64,000 bases of DNA from a virus. Under the pieces are notes generated by a model. The model did no database searches. It had not been told where the DNA came from and saw only the letters and a program-made list of their open reading frames with translations. Below, one piece after another: positions 1-8,988 of the stretch (within the stretch, counting starts at the first letter, position 1; each line of letters opens with the position of its first letter). The translations under genes and the position numbers were made by a program. The stretch is taken from positions 64,001 through 128,000 of the IMG/VR virus record IMGVR_UViG_3300036715_002050; one strand, given 5' to 3'.

Positions 1-252
1 TTGAGGATCAGAGTTATGACCGTCTCTATTACCAAAGTCGTAAGTGGAAGCGCTTAACCATCTAACAACTCCACATACCACCTGTGGCGCGCGAGTTGAT
101 GCAGCTTCGTCTGTGGTCGAATCTACTAAAAAACGATACGCCTTGGGTAAAGAGACGGCTCCGACATTCGGCTGCGGGGAAAAGTTAAAAATGTCGGACA
201 CTGTAGGTCTGCGCGGAATTTCATTTAGTAAATTATCGAGATAAGACGCCAT
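1..252 (-). CDS. Hypothetical protein, probably structural, truncated at window edge
   Basis: Hand-translated open frame MASYLDNLLNEIPRRPTV... from ATG at 252 to position 1; directly downstream of the tape-measure-like gene. Confidence 0.6.
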   Translation of the reverse strand, partial: MASYLDNLLNEIPRRPTVSDIFNFSPQPNVGAVSLPKAYRFLVDSTTDEAASTRAPQVVCGVVRWLSASTYDFGNRDGHNSDPQ

Positions 253-258
253 GATTCC

Positions 259-2655
259 TTAGTGTTGATTATGTAACAAATTAACTAATACGTCGTCTAA
301 CGCTTTCAGGTGATCGGCCAGGCTCTTAGCAACCTTTCCTACGTTAGAAAGCGGATCTCCATTTGGGTTTTGTCCGTTTTCCATATCTTGTCGGGTCTGA
401 ACTCCGATATTCTTTTGACGGTTAGCAGTGTAAGAACGGATCGTAATAACGTTACCGTCTGCATCACGCATAGGTTGCCCGTCGGGCCCGATCATCGGCT
501 TGCTTAGTTCTTGTTCGTTAGCTCCTTCGACGCGAGCTTTGTTCCCCTGGTTCGCTTCGTCTAATTCGTTGCCGCCGTGAGAATAGCGGGCGCCCTTTTT
601 AAAAGCGACCGGAGAACCGTTCCCCATAAAGTCGTTCCAGAACCCTTGACCGGTGCCATATTGGCCATTGCCGAATTCACGTGCAAAAGCCAACTTCATT
701 CCTTCTTGCTGTTCTGGTGAGGCATGCTGTAAAATCGATTTACGTTCTTCTAAACTCTTGCCAGTCAACATCGCGCGCATCTTAGGATCGATTCCGCCGT
801 TGTTTAAGAAAGCAGTAAACTTATCGTTATTGATTTGTTGCATCAACGAGTCAACTTGAGATTGACTCATCCCTTGAGCTTTACCGTAGTTTGACAAAGC
901 TTCGATGCGCTTTTCAAAAGGATTGGCATTAGCAACAATTTCTGACAAATGGTTGTTGTGGATACCGGCAGCGCCCAAGTCACGGATAGAAGCCGACAAA
1001 GCCTTTTGGTGGAAATAACCACCACCGCTCACAGCAGAACCAGCGGCTTGATAACCACTAACTGCGTTTTTGATATCCAAACGATCCATGGACTTGGAAT
1101 TCCACATACCCAAAATGGCGTCGGCTAATCCGGTACCTTGACGACCACCTACACCATTGGATGTTGTTTCAATCGTCTTTAATACGTCATCGGCCATTTG
1201 CGAATCATCTAACCCGCGTGAAACAGCTTTGGCTAAATAATCAGCAAATTGATTGTTGGCACCATTTGTTTGGCTACCGATAGTGGTCCCCGCCCCCCCG
1301 TTGATCTGGGACAAGGCGCTCAAGACTCCACCAGAAGTGGGGGCGCTAATCCCCGCACGGACCCCTTCAAACATAGACCCCATCATTCGGGAGGCACGAG
1401 TATTACCGGCAGTTTCATTAAAACCACCAGCCATCCCTATAGATTGAGCCGCAGTTAGACCAAAGGCTCTACCATAGGACGTGTCTCTATGATAACCAGA
1501 TCCACTTCTTAACCCATACATTACAGCCGTTTCTGCTGTAGCTCCAGCTTGATCAAATGCCGCATTTAACATCGGATTGCTAGCCATGATTTTTTGCCAT
1601 GCATCTACCAGCGCCGTCGCTTGCGCTCCTTCGGCACCACCCGTTAAATTCCCCTTGATCCCTGCCCCGCTGTTTGTTATAACGTCCTTAAGCCCTCCAA
1701 TACCCGCCGCCACCTTTTCTAAAGCTGACGATGAAGAGTCTCTTCCTCCATTAGATTGCTTTTCTAAAGCGCGATATTCAGATTCAGGTATAGAGGTTTT
1801 GCCATTCGGGAAAGCGTGTCCTGCATCTGCATAAGACATGCCATTTAACGTACGGACTCGAAAGCTAACGGGCGCTTGATTTTGTGCGTAAACATTACCA
1901 CCAGCAGCACTGAATCCCATGTCGCCAATTTGATTAGCAACATCCATATACTTAGCGCGCCCTTGCGGATTCTTCAAGTCGGCAAACGCATTACGCTGTG
2001 CAGTGTTTGCTCCGGTATAATAAGCAAACTTAGCGTCTGTACCAGAAGTTTGCCCAAGTAAGAACGAGTTAAACCCTTGACTCGCAGCAGCAGCACCCAA
2101 CGGGATCGAGGCGCTATTTTGTGAAGCGTTCAACAAAGCTTGCGGAGCAGCAATGATGGTTTTTAACGCCCACATTTGCGCGGCAGCTTCCCCACCTTCT
2201 CCGAACATATTTCTAGTCAAAAAACCGCTGCCGCCGCCCCCGCCGCCACTCGAACCCGGCCCTTTGTTGGACCAGTTTTCTCCAGAGTCATTCCAGCTTT
2301 TGTGGACTGGAGGGATACCACCATCCCCTCCCGGGACTAAACGCGGTCCACGATACCCACTACCCATTTCTGTAGGACCACTCGGGCCGATAGCTCCACG
2401 AGGACCGCCAGCAGTAGGTCCCATTTGTTGCGCCGCTTGTCCGACGTTTTCATAGGCTTGTTCTAACTGCTTCAAGTCTTTGATATAGTCACGTACAGGC
2501 TTCGGGTCGAAAGCGCTCTTAACGCCCGCCCCCAAAGCCTTAACAGCCGCTTGCGCACCTTTGAAACCTTTGTTAATACTCTCCAAGACCTTCTTGATTT
2601 CATCACTGCCCGTGGTCTTGAACGAGGTTTCAATTTTAATGGATTTAGTAGTCAT
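259..2655 (-). CDS. Tail tape-measure-like protein
   Basis: 798 aa, Ala/Gly/Ser-rich, helical N-terminus; preceded by two small chaperone-like genes. Confidence 0.6.
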   Translation of the reverse strand: MTTKSIKIETSFKTTGSDEIKKVLESINKGFKGAQAAVKALGAGVKSAFDPKPVRDYIKDLKQLEQAYENVGQAAQQMGPTAGGPRGAIGPSGPTEMGSGYRGPRLVPGGDGGIPPVHKSWNDSGENWSNKGPGSSGGGGGGSGFLTRNMFGEGGEAAAQMWALKTIIAAPQALLNASQNSASIPLGAAAASQGFNSFLLGQTSGTDAKFAYYTGANTAQRNAFADLKNPQGRAKYMDVANQIGDMGFSAAGGNVYAQNQAPVSFRVRTLNGMSYADAGHAFPNGKTSIPESEYRALEKQSNGGRDSSSSALEKVAAGIGGLKDVITNSGAGIKGNLTGGAEGAQATALVDAWQKIMASNPMLNAAFDQAGATAETAVMYGLRSGSGYHRDTSYGRAFGLTAAQSIGMAGGFNETAGNTRASRMMGSMFEGVRAGISAPTSGGVLSALSQINGGAGTTIGSQTNGANNQFADYLAKAVSRGLDDSQMADDVLKTIETTSNGVGGRQGTGLADAILGMWNSKSMDRLDIKNAVSGYQAAGSAVSGGGYFHQKALSASIRDLGAAGIHNNHLSEIVANANPFEKRIEALSNYGKAQGMSQSQVDSLMQQINNDKFTAFLNNGGIDPKMRAMLTGKSLEERKSILQHASPEQQEGMKLAFAREFGNGQYGTGQGFWNDFMGNGSPVAFKKGARYSHGGNELDEANQGNKARVEGANEQELSKPMIGPDGQPMRDADGNVITIRSYTANRQKNIGVQTRQDMENGQNPNGDPLSNVGKVAKSLADHLKALDDVLVNLLHNQH

Positions 2656-2683
2656 CGTTTCCCTTTAACAAAAGATTACTACC

Positions 2684-3307
2684 TTACCACTTATGCGGCG
2701 TACCCGGAGGAGCTTTGTAAGACAATGGCGCACTTCCGTCTAATAAATCGTCGGGTCCTTCGATCTCGGGCAAGTCACCCAATTCATCTCCAATCAACTG
2801 TACGTCCGACGGTTCTTCTACAATCGCCGGTTTGGGCTTAGCTTTCTTCACTTCCCCACCCAACATTCCCATCGTGTCTTTGAACTTAGCTAGCTGCTCT
2901 TGGATACGCAAGATTTCTTTGGACGGTCCTTCTTGAGCAGCTTCTTCACGAGCTTCTTCCAAGAAACGACGTTCTGCATCCAATTCTTCTTCTTCTTCAG
3001 CGGCCATTTGCGCGAGTTCAGCCCGCGTAGAAATCGTCTTACGCACAGTCTGACGAAAATCCCACTCGTTCATCTCTTCAAAATGACTTTCGTAATAATG
3101 CTGCAAAACGTAGGGAAGCGGCAATTCTTCTACAGCCGGTAAAGCCATGAAGAAGTTTTTGGAAAACCAGCGCTGGATGGTTCGCAGCGTATAGTCCGAA
3201 TCCGGTTCGTCCAATAAGTCTTTCTGTACACACCATAATGCATCAATTTGGATGCACTTAACGAGATCCAATTCTAATTCGTTATCCTTAGATTGGTCGT
3301 TAGCCAT
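2684..3307 (-). CDS. Putative tail assembly chaperone (downstream part)
   Basis: 207 aa acidic ORF immediately upstream of tape-measure-like gene; positional inference. Confidence 0.45.
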   Translation of the reverse strand: MANDQSKDNELELDLVKCIQIDALWCVQKDLLDEPDSDYTLRTIQRWFSKNFFMALPAVEELPLPYVLQHYYESHFEEMNEWDFRQTVRKTISTRAELAQMAAEEEEELDAERRFLEEAREEAAQEGPSKEILRIQEQLAKFKDTMGMLGGEVKKAKPKPAIVEEPSDVQLIGDELGDLPEIEGPDDLLDGSAPLSYKAPPGTPHKW

Positions 3308-3310
3308 GGA

Positions 3311-3727
3311 TTACACCAAGCCGTCTTTCTTGTCTTCTTCGGCGCGCAACTGTGGGGCTTGCTTTTGGGCCTTCTCTTGACGAGCTTTCATGTCTTTCAC
3401 CCACGGATCCATTACTTGTCCATAGACACCGTACAGTACGTTCCAATCCAACATATCTGCACCCATACGCATTTCAGCCCACCACTGTGGCCACTCGACC
3501 AATCGTGCCTGAACCATCGCTAACGCTTCGGCCTTGTTATCTAGCTCTTGAGTAACGTCATCCTTCACGACAAAGTCTGGACCCAATAGCTCTTTCTTTT
3601 TGCGATTGTAGGACATGTCTTCAGATAGCCCCAAGTGAATCTTGGACTTGAACTTCCCTACCCACGGAGTTTCCGTGATTGCACCGATAATCGTGATTTC
3701 GAATTGATGAATATTATTAAAAGCCAT
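3311..3727 (-). CDS. Putative tail assembly chaperone
   Basis: GGAG RBS before ATG at 3727; positional inference. Confidence 0.45.
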   Translation of the reverse strand: MAFNNIHQFEITIIGAITETPWVGKFKSKIHLGLSEDMSYNRKKKELLGPDFVVKDDVTQELDNKAEALAMVQARLVEWPQWWAEMRMGADMLDWNVLYGVYGQVMDPWVKDMKARQEKAQKQAPQLRAEEDKKDGLV

Positions 3728-3845
3728 GACTGCTCCTATAGGTCGACGTTGCAACGGGGGTGGACTGGTGCTACAATTGGGATTGTCCCAGGAAGCGATT
3801 ATAACACGCCGTCAACTGTGACCTATAGTAGATTAAGAGGACAAC

Positions 3846-4085
3846 ATGGACGAACAATCTTTTGCAGGTATCGACTGGTCGCTATTCCAAACCAAGAAAG
3901 AAGAACCCGCCAAACACCCAACCCCACCCGTTCCGCTCAAGCGAGTTGACAAGTGGATCCAGTCGTGTTACACCTGCGGCGTACCATCACAAACGATGCC
4001 CATGGCCGAAGAGATGTACTCTACCGCAAAAGGCACTTATCAAATCAAGGTGTGTTTATCATGCACGCGCCACTTGAGCCCGTAG
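3846..4085 (+). CDS. Small Zn-ribbon protein
   Basis: CYTC...CLSC motifs; GAGG RBS. Confidence 0.55.
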   Translation: MDEQSFAGIDWSLFQTKKEEPAKHPTPPVPLKRVDKWIQSCYTCGVPSQTMPMAEEMYSTAKGTYQIKVCLSCTRHLSP

Positions 4086-4155
4086 AGCGTACCCGGCGTT
4101 TTGGATCACGGTCGTCTTCTACATCATCATCGTATGGTTGGTCATAGGACTATAA

Positions 4156-4830
4156 ATGTCTCGACTAAATGAAAAAGCAAAGCGGCTGGGGCAAACCGAA
4201 CCGGTCCGTCCGGTACAAACTACTTACACCTCACCTCCCGCCCCCGGCAAGATGACTCTGGAATTGGTGCGCCAGTGGTGCGACGGTGCCATCGCCAAGG
4301 CTCCCCGGATTTTGTTGTGGCCCAACAAGACCTTATCCGAACAGTCGATGGACTTGGAAGTAGACTTATCTACGCCCGAAAAAGTGGCGGACTACAAAGC
4401 CACCATGAAAGACTTGCAAGACATCTTGCACCAGGCTATGGTAGAAGACAACGGGGTGGGGTTAGCCTGCATCCAATTGGGTTTGCCACTTCGAGCGTTT
4501 GTGATTGCCCGAGACGAGCGAGATCCGTTGAAGGGGGCAGAGCTATACATCAACCCGGCATACACTTCGTTGACGCGCCGCCGAGGAATGAACGAAGGCT
4601 GCTTGTCGTTCCCGAACCAATTCATTGACGTACCGCGTTACGATGCCGTCCAAGCCGCGTTTTTAGATGTTGACACCAACCCCCGGGATGTGACACTATC
4701 TGGGTTCGTCGCCCACGCCTACCAGCACGAGTTTGATCATGTGATCGGGGTGACGCTAGCCGAGTTGACTTCTCCAGAGAACCGGTCTAAGATGCGTGCT
4801 GAAGCTGTCCGCAACAAGAAACGCCGCTGA
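4156..4830 (+). CDS. def: Peptide deformylase
   Basis: Three PDF motifs present: GVGLACIQLG, EGCLS, HEFDH. Confidence 0.93.
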   Translation: MSRLNEKAKRLGQTEPVRPVQTTYTSPPAPGKMTLELVRQWCDGAIAKAPRILLWPNKTLSEQSMDLEVDLSTPEKVADYKATMKDLQDILHQAMVEDNGVGLACIQLGLPLRAFVIARDERDPLKGAELYINPAYTSLTRRRGMNEGCLSFPNQFIDVPRYDAVQAAFLDVDTNPRDVTLSGFVAHAYQHEFDHVIGVTLAELTSPENRSKMRAEAVRNKKRR

Positions 4831-4844
4831 CGCAAAGTAACCAG

Positions 4845-4966
4845 TTGACACGCTGAACCGGATGTGCGATGATGCTTTCACGGTCGCAACGCGGACCGCC
4901 GAACAAAAAGAAAACGACGGGACGCGGTTGAAAGCAGTTGACACGGCAACCGAAACGAAGTAAGAT
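4845..4966 (+). promoter_or_regulatory. Two tandem sigma70-type promoters upstream of the tRNA operon
   Basis: TTGACA-N17-GATGAT (4845-4873) and TTGACA-N17-TAAGAT (4938-4966). Confidence 0.65.
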
Positions 4967-5024
4967 GGTGTCACAGTAAAGCAAGGCATGCCGCCGAGCT
5001 TAAAACCAACTAAAGGAAAATACC

Positions 5025-5384
5025 ATGGCCAAGAATGTAACGCTGTTGACGAACTTTGTGAAGACCTTGACGAACACCCGCAAGTATCGTATCATCACCA
5101 ACGATGTATCCCGCTTCACGGGAGAGACGACGTTCAACTCTGCCGGTAACGCGGTGGTGCCCCAGGTTGACACTGACCCACATCGTATGCGCTTGACGGC
5201 GGCGATGGCACACTTTGCCGGGATGACGGTGAAGGAACTGCGCAAGGCTTCGCAGGCAGAGATCAACCGCTTCGTGACCAAGACGTACGGTCTGCGTAAG
5301 GACTCTGTTGAAGGAGTGTTGGCGTACTACAACTTCACTGGTCGTCAGCATGCGGCGAACTTGATTACGTCGCGTTATCTGTAA
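5025..5384 (+). CDS. Hypothetical basic protein
   Basis: AAGGA RBS, 119 aa, first gene after the tandem promoters. Confidence 0.7.
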   Translation: MAKNVTLLTNFVKTLTNTRKYRIITNDVSRFTGETTFNSAGNAVVPQVDTDPHRMRLTAAMAHFAGMTVKELRKASQAEINRFVTKTYGLRKDSVEGVLAYYNFTGRQHAANLITSRYL

Positions 5385-5398
5385 TCGCCCGTAGCATG

Positions 5399-5484
5399 GG
5401 TTAAGTACCAGTTTAGAAGCTTTTAAAATAATTGTTGTCGTTTTCAACGATTTTTGTTCACGTTTTCTAAACCGGTACTTAACC
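5399..5484. repeat. Long imperfect inverted repeat (hairpin)
   Basis: GGTTAAGTACC/GGTACTTAACC plus GTTTAGAA/TTCTAAAC. Confidence 0.7.
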
Positions 5485-5541
5485 TTCTGTGGTATGATTC
5501 TGTAGTCTTCATTACGTGATGCGGCTTCAGTGCACACGTTT

Positions 5542-5615
5542 GCCCAGGTAGCGCAACGGTAGGAGGCAGCGGACTCAAAATCCGTACAGTGTGGGTTCGA
5601 TTCCCACCCTGGGCA
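5542..5615 (+). tRNA. tRNA-Leu(CAA), short variable loop
   Basis: Cloverleaf; anticodon arm GCGGA-CTCAAAA-TCCGT; T-loop TTCGATT. Confidence 0.85.
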
Positions 5616-5678
5616 TTGCCGTAACGTTCTTTCGTAGTACGGAGAATAGAATAGTTGTATGTAGTAGAAGTATTTGTT

Positions 5679-5749
5679 GGACCTAACTGGCTGGAGCCAG
5701 CTTGAAGCTGTTAACTTCAAAGTGGTGTGTTCGATTCACACTAGGTTCG
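5679..5749 (+). tRNA. tRNA-Asn(GTT), atypical compact D-arm
   Basis: GGACCTA/TAGGTTC acceptor; TTGAAG-CTGTTAA-CTTCAA; canonical T-arm. Confidence 0.75.
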
Positions 5750-5752
5750 TTT

Positions 5753-5823
5753 CTAGGGTTAGTGTAGCGGTAACACAATAGTTTTGGGAACTATTATCGT
5801 CGGTTCGATCCCGACACCTTAGA
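5753..5823 (+). tRNA. tRNA-Pro(TGG)
   Basis: ATAGT-TTTGGGA-ACTAT; cloverleaf. Confidence 0.88.
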
Positions 5824-5833
5824 CTTATAGTAT

Positions 5834-5904
5834 GCGGGCATAGTGTAGCGGTAACACGACATTCTGCCAAGTTGTAGTCACAGGTTCGTTCCCTGTTGCC
5901 CGCG
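5834..5904 (+). tRNA. tRNA-Gly(GCC)
   Basis: GCGGGCA/TGCCCGC; loop CTGCCAA. Confidence 0.82.
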
Positions 5905-5914
5905 TGTTGTGTAT

Positions 5915-5987
5915 GCCCGTGTGATGGAACGGTAGACATGTTGGTCTTAGAAACCAAATCTTGGGGGTTCGATTCCCTCCATGGGCA
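5915..5987 (+). tRNA. tRNA-Leu(TAG), short variable loop
   Basis: TTGGT-CTTAGAA-ACCAA; cloverleaf. Confidence 0.85.
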
Positions 5988-5992
5988 CTTAT

Positions 5993-6064
5993 GGTCCTGT
6001 AGCTTATATGGTAGAGCACTGGCTTGAAACCCCAGACAATCAGATTCGAGTTCTGACGGGACCA
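5993..6064 (+). tRNA. tRNA-Phe(GAA)
   Basis: GGTCCTG/CGGGACC; loop TTGAAAC. Confidence 0.8.
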
Positions 6065-6077
6065 TTGTTGTAGTTGT

Positions 6078-6148
6078 GCGGTCGTGGTGTAGTGGTAACA
6101 CTAATGGCTTCCACCCATTCATCGTCGGTTCGAACCCGACCGACCGCG
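6078..6148 (+). tRNA. tRNA-Gly(TCC)
   Basis: AATGG-CTTCCAC-CCATT. Confidence 0.88.
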
Positions 6149-6149
6149 T

Positions 6150-6220
6150 AGCGGAGTAGCCCAACCAGAGGCACCGGGATATAAACCGGCACAGTGTGGG
6201 TTCGACTCCCACCGTGCGAT
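6150..6220 (+). pseudogene. Degenerate tRNA (Leu-like body, 8-nt anticodon loop)
   Basis: D- and T-arms resemble the 5542 tRNA-Leu; acceptor stem poorly paired; CCGG-GATATAAA-CCGG. Confidence 0.5.
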
Positions 6221-6232
6221 GCAACAATGTTT

Positions 6233-6304
6233 GGGACATAAGGCAAGTGGTCAGCCGGTTGGTTTACACCCAATTCCTAGAAGGTTCGATTCCTTCATGT
6301 CCCA
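6233..6304 (+). tRNA. tRNA-Val(TAC)
   Basis: GTTGG-TTTACAC-CCAAT. Confidence 0.85.
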
Positions 6305-6328
6305 TGTACGTAACACGTAGTAAATAGC

Positions 6329-6402
6329 GCGCTTGTCGTATAACGGCTTATTATATCTGACTCTTACTCAGACTGATGGGGGTTCAAATCCCTCCAAGCA
6401 CA
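6329..6402 (+). tRNA. tRNA-Lys(CTT)
   Basis: TCTGA-CTCTTAC-TCAGA. Confidence 0.8.
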
Positions 6403-6405
6403 TAC

Positions 6406-6478
6406 GGGTCTTTAGTATAATGGTTATTACATCTGACTTTTAATCAGACCGATGTGGGTTCGAATCCCACAGGACCCA
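6406..6478 (+). tRNA. tRNA-Lys(TTT)
   Basis: TCTGA-CTTTTAA-TCAGA. Confidence 0.9.
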
Positions 6479-6485
6479 TTGTTGT

Positions 6486-6557
6486 GCCCCATTAGCTCAA
6501 CGGCAGAGCGACCGGCTTTTTCCCGGTAAGATCCATGTTCGATTCATGGGTGGGGCG
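6486..6557 (+). tRNA. tRNA-Lys(TTT), variant loop
   Basis: ACCGG-CTTTTTC-CCGGT (pyrimidine at position 37). Confidence 0.75.
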
Positions 6558-6564
6558 ATGTTTT

Positions 6565-6637
6565 GGACGTGACGCCTAATGGTTTGGGCACGCAGCCGAT
6601 TACTGCGCACTAGGGAGTTCAATTCTCTCCACGTCTA
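6565..6637 (+). tRNA. tRNA-Ile(GAT), variant loop
   Basis: CGCAG-CCGATTA-CTGCG. Confidence 0.78.
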
Positions 6638-6708
6638 CTTATCCGGTGCTAGGAACGCGTCCTAGGTAAAGCGCAACGGTCGGAGCAGCACGCCGGGCAT
6701 TGTTGTAC

Positions 6709-6791
6709 GGACGTCTCCGTCAATGGCAGACAAGCATCTTCGAACGGTGCTGGCGCGGTAACACGCGATGGTTCGATTCCATAGGCGTCCT
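6709..6791 (+). tRNA. tRNA-Ser(CGA)
   Basis: GCATC-TTCGAAC-GGTGC, long variable arm. Confidence 0.8.
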
Positions 6792-6802
6792 TAGTTGTAT
6801 GC

Positions 6803-6891
6803 GGAATTGTGGGGGAGCGGTTTAACCCATTGTCTTGGAACGGCAAAGGCGGTCGCAAGACCGTCCGAGAGTTCGAATCTCTCCGATTCCT
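6803..6891 (+). tRNA. tRNA-Ser(GGA)
   Basis: TTGTC-TTGGAAC-GGCAA, long variable arm with GCAA loop. Confidence 0.88.
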
Positions 6892-6969
6892 TTGTTAAGC
6901 TTTTTGTGTCGTACCGGACCTGTCCCGATAGCGGTTTAGTAATAATCACGCTAGGAGTACGACTTTAAC

Positions 6970-7038
6970 CGTGATTTAGTGTAAAAGAGCACGTGACCAC
7001 CCTAAGGTCTTAGTCCCAGTGGAATGCTGGGAATCACA
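6970..7038 (+). tRNA. Atypical tRNA, possibly Arg(CCT)
   Basis: GTGATT/AATCAC, D-stem GTGT/GCAC, GACC-ACCCTAA-GGTC, T-arm CCCAG-TGGAATG-CTGGG lacking TTC. Confidence 0.45.
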
Positions 7039-7046
7039 CCCATTTT

Positions 7047-7118
7047 GGACCAGTAGCCTAGCGGATAGGCCGAAGCCTTCTAAACTTCTCAACGCAGGTT
7101 CGAATCCTGCCTGGTTCG
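7047..7118 (+). tRNA. tRNA-Arg(TCT)
   Basis: Loop CTTCTAA; canonical D- and T-arms. Confidence 0.85.
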
Positions 7119-7120
7119 TC

Positions 7121-8084
7121 GGCGCATTGGCGCGCAGCCACCTTACTCGGCTTACAATAGCGAGGTGCGTCTCGTTTAGCTGGATTTCCGGTGAGCTATC
7201 CTTTTGTTGTGTACACAACAAAGTCCATGAACTTTTTGTCCGACATGGTGGCACTTTTTTAGGATCACCCACCAGGGGAGGTGGGTGGGCAAGTCCGGCA
7301 CGCACTCCGAAGTCCTATTCGTTTTTGCAGATGGCTGGGAGTTCCATCAGAAGGCCCCAGCGGCGACGGCGGCTCGTTGTCGGCCAGGTAGTGACAACCA
7401 TCTGTGATTTTTAGGTTGGGGGAGTTTGGGCACCCCTGTAAAGCTGATGTCAAAATTCAGAACCTATTTCGTTTTGAGGCTACGGTGTATAAGGACACGC
7501 TGGCCTTGTCTTCGGGCAATTGGCCGTGAGTGCGGGAGACAAAAAGCCTGCGCCTCAAAGTATTATCAGGGAAGTTGCCTTAAACAAGCATCTTTTAAAG
7601 AGTGGGCAATAGTTTGCGACATATACCGGGGCACCGTACTAAAGTCGCAAGGCTTATCATGCAAAGGTAGAGAACGACAGGCACATCGATTAACCCTGCA
7701 AAACTGTTCCGCAGTCTACCGACCCTTTGGCTTAAACAGCACACCTTTTGATACTAACTTTTATGGCGAGGCGCTTCCTAACGGGAGAGGACAGGCACAT
7801 ATCCTGTTCGTGTGTTAAAACCACAGCCGAGCACATTTTGCTTCATCCCGGTATGAACGGGGACTAGTCAGGAGGCTGAATAGCTAGTCGTTGGTGCGTC
7901 GGATATGCGTTCAGCGGCTAACCGATTGCGTCCTTTGAGGACGTGCCGACAACAAGGTGCTACGGTTTCGAACCCGCCAATCCTTGGAGCAATGTTTTCG
8001 AGCCACCTTTCGGCCATTGCGGCTAAAAAGGGATAAAGGATAAGACCTGAGACTTGATCACCTCGGGATAACACCATCTGCTCG
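7121..8084 (+). ncRNA. Array of unassigned structured small RNAs inside the tRNA operon
   Basis: No credible ORF; successive units each closed by a 6-8 bp terminal stem and separated by T-rich linkers. Confidence 0.6.
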
Positions 8085-8091
8085 ATATTTT

Positions 8092-8160
8092 AGCGGGGAG
8101 GCAAGGCGCCGCACCAGTCTCATAAGCTGGTTTTTGTTGGTTCGATTCCAACCCCCGCGA
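8092..8160 (+). tRNA. tRNA-Met(CAT), compact, initiator-like (1:72 mismatch)
   Basis: CCAGT-CTCATAA-GCTGG; tiny D-arm. Confidence 0.72.
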
Positions 8161-8178
8161 CTCGTTGTACGCAATAGT

Positions 8179-8251
8179 GGTCCTATGGTGAAACTGGAAA
8201 TCACCCTCGTCTACGAAATGAGCATTGTAGGTTCGAATCCTACTAGGATCG
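8179..8251 (+). tRNA. tRNA-Arg(ACG)
   Basis: CTCGT-CTACGAA-ATGAG. Confidence 0.88.
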
Positions 8252-8254
8252 TTT

Positions 8255-8327
8255 GTCCCCGTCGTCTATCGGGTTAGGACTCCAAACTCTCAATTTGGGG
8301 AAGCGAGTTCGAGCCTCGCCGGGGACG
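8255..8327 (+). tRNA. tRNA-Glu(CTC)
   Basis: CCAAA-CTCTCAA-TTTGG. Confidence 0.88.
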
Positions 8328-8337
8328 TGTTGTGCAA

Positions 8338-8409
8338 GGCCCTGTCGGATATTGGTTAATCCCCTAGTCCTTCAAATTAGAGAAGAGAGTTCAATTCTCT
8401 CCAGGGTCG
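8338..8409 (+). tRNA. tRNA-Glu(TTC), C33 variant
   Basis: CTAGT-CCTTCAA-ATTAG. Confidence 0.8.
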
Positions 8410-8427
8410 TTTGTTGTACCGCTTTTT

Positions 8428-8513
8428 GGAGCTTGGCCAGTGTGGCAATTGGAACGGTTTGCTAAACCGTCGTGGACTATGTCCATGGAAGTGTTCGACT
8501 CACTTAGGCTCCG
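8428..8513 (+). tRNA. tRNA-Ser(GCT)
   Basis: ACGGT-TTGCTAA-ACCGT, long variable arm. Confidence 0.85.
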
Positions 8514-8556
8514 TGGCAGAATGCAACAGTTGACACCGTAACCGGTTTCGGGTACG

Positions 8557-8844
8557 ATGCTGTTCATGGACGCGCCCGACACGATGTTGGCTTCTGTTGT
8601 AAAAGAAACTTACTACCGATGCGATGTCTGCCACGAAACTTGGTTCCAGCCCTTGACATGCGGTCACAACGGTGATAGAGTCGAATACATAGTGAAAAAC
8701 GGTTGGATTGAAACCAATCGATATGACATTGGAGGTTGGTTTGTTCAAGGCTTTCGGTTGAACCCGGTGACGGGTGGACAATATGTGTTGTTATGGAACG
8801 CAAATGAAAATCCACATACAGTGTACACGCAGTCGAAAAAGTAA
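8557..8844 (+). CDS. Hypothetical protein (start uncertain)
   Basis: ORF behind internal promoter TTGACA-N17-TACGAT (8530-8558). Confidence 0.45.
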   Translation: MLFMDAPDTMLASVVKETYYRCDVCHETWFQPLTCGHNGDRVEYIVKNGWIETNRYDIGGWFVQGFRLNPVTGGQYVLLWNANENPHTVYTQSKK

Positions 8845-8901
8845 TCTGTAGTACAATACACCCGGAACGCTTATCGTAGCAGCGCCTCATCCGGGTATTT
8901 T

Positions 8902-8972
8902 TGAGGTTTCGTCCAAAGGCAGGACATATGACTTTGAATCATAGAATGAAGGTTCGATCCCTTCAACCTCAT
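8902..8972 (+). tRNA. tRNA-Gln(TTG)
   Basis: TATGA-CTTTGAA-TCATA. Confidence 0.9.
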
Positions 8973-8988
8973 TTTACAGGAGCACATT

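Noticed and set aside
7121-8084. tmRNA, RNase P RNA or group I intron
   Set aside because: I could not see tmRNA termini or a tag, the RNase P P4 motif, or a group I core; left unassigned pending Rfam search.
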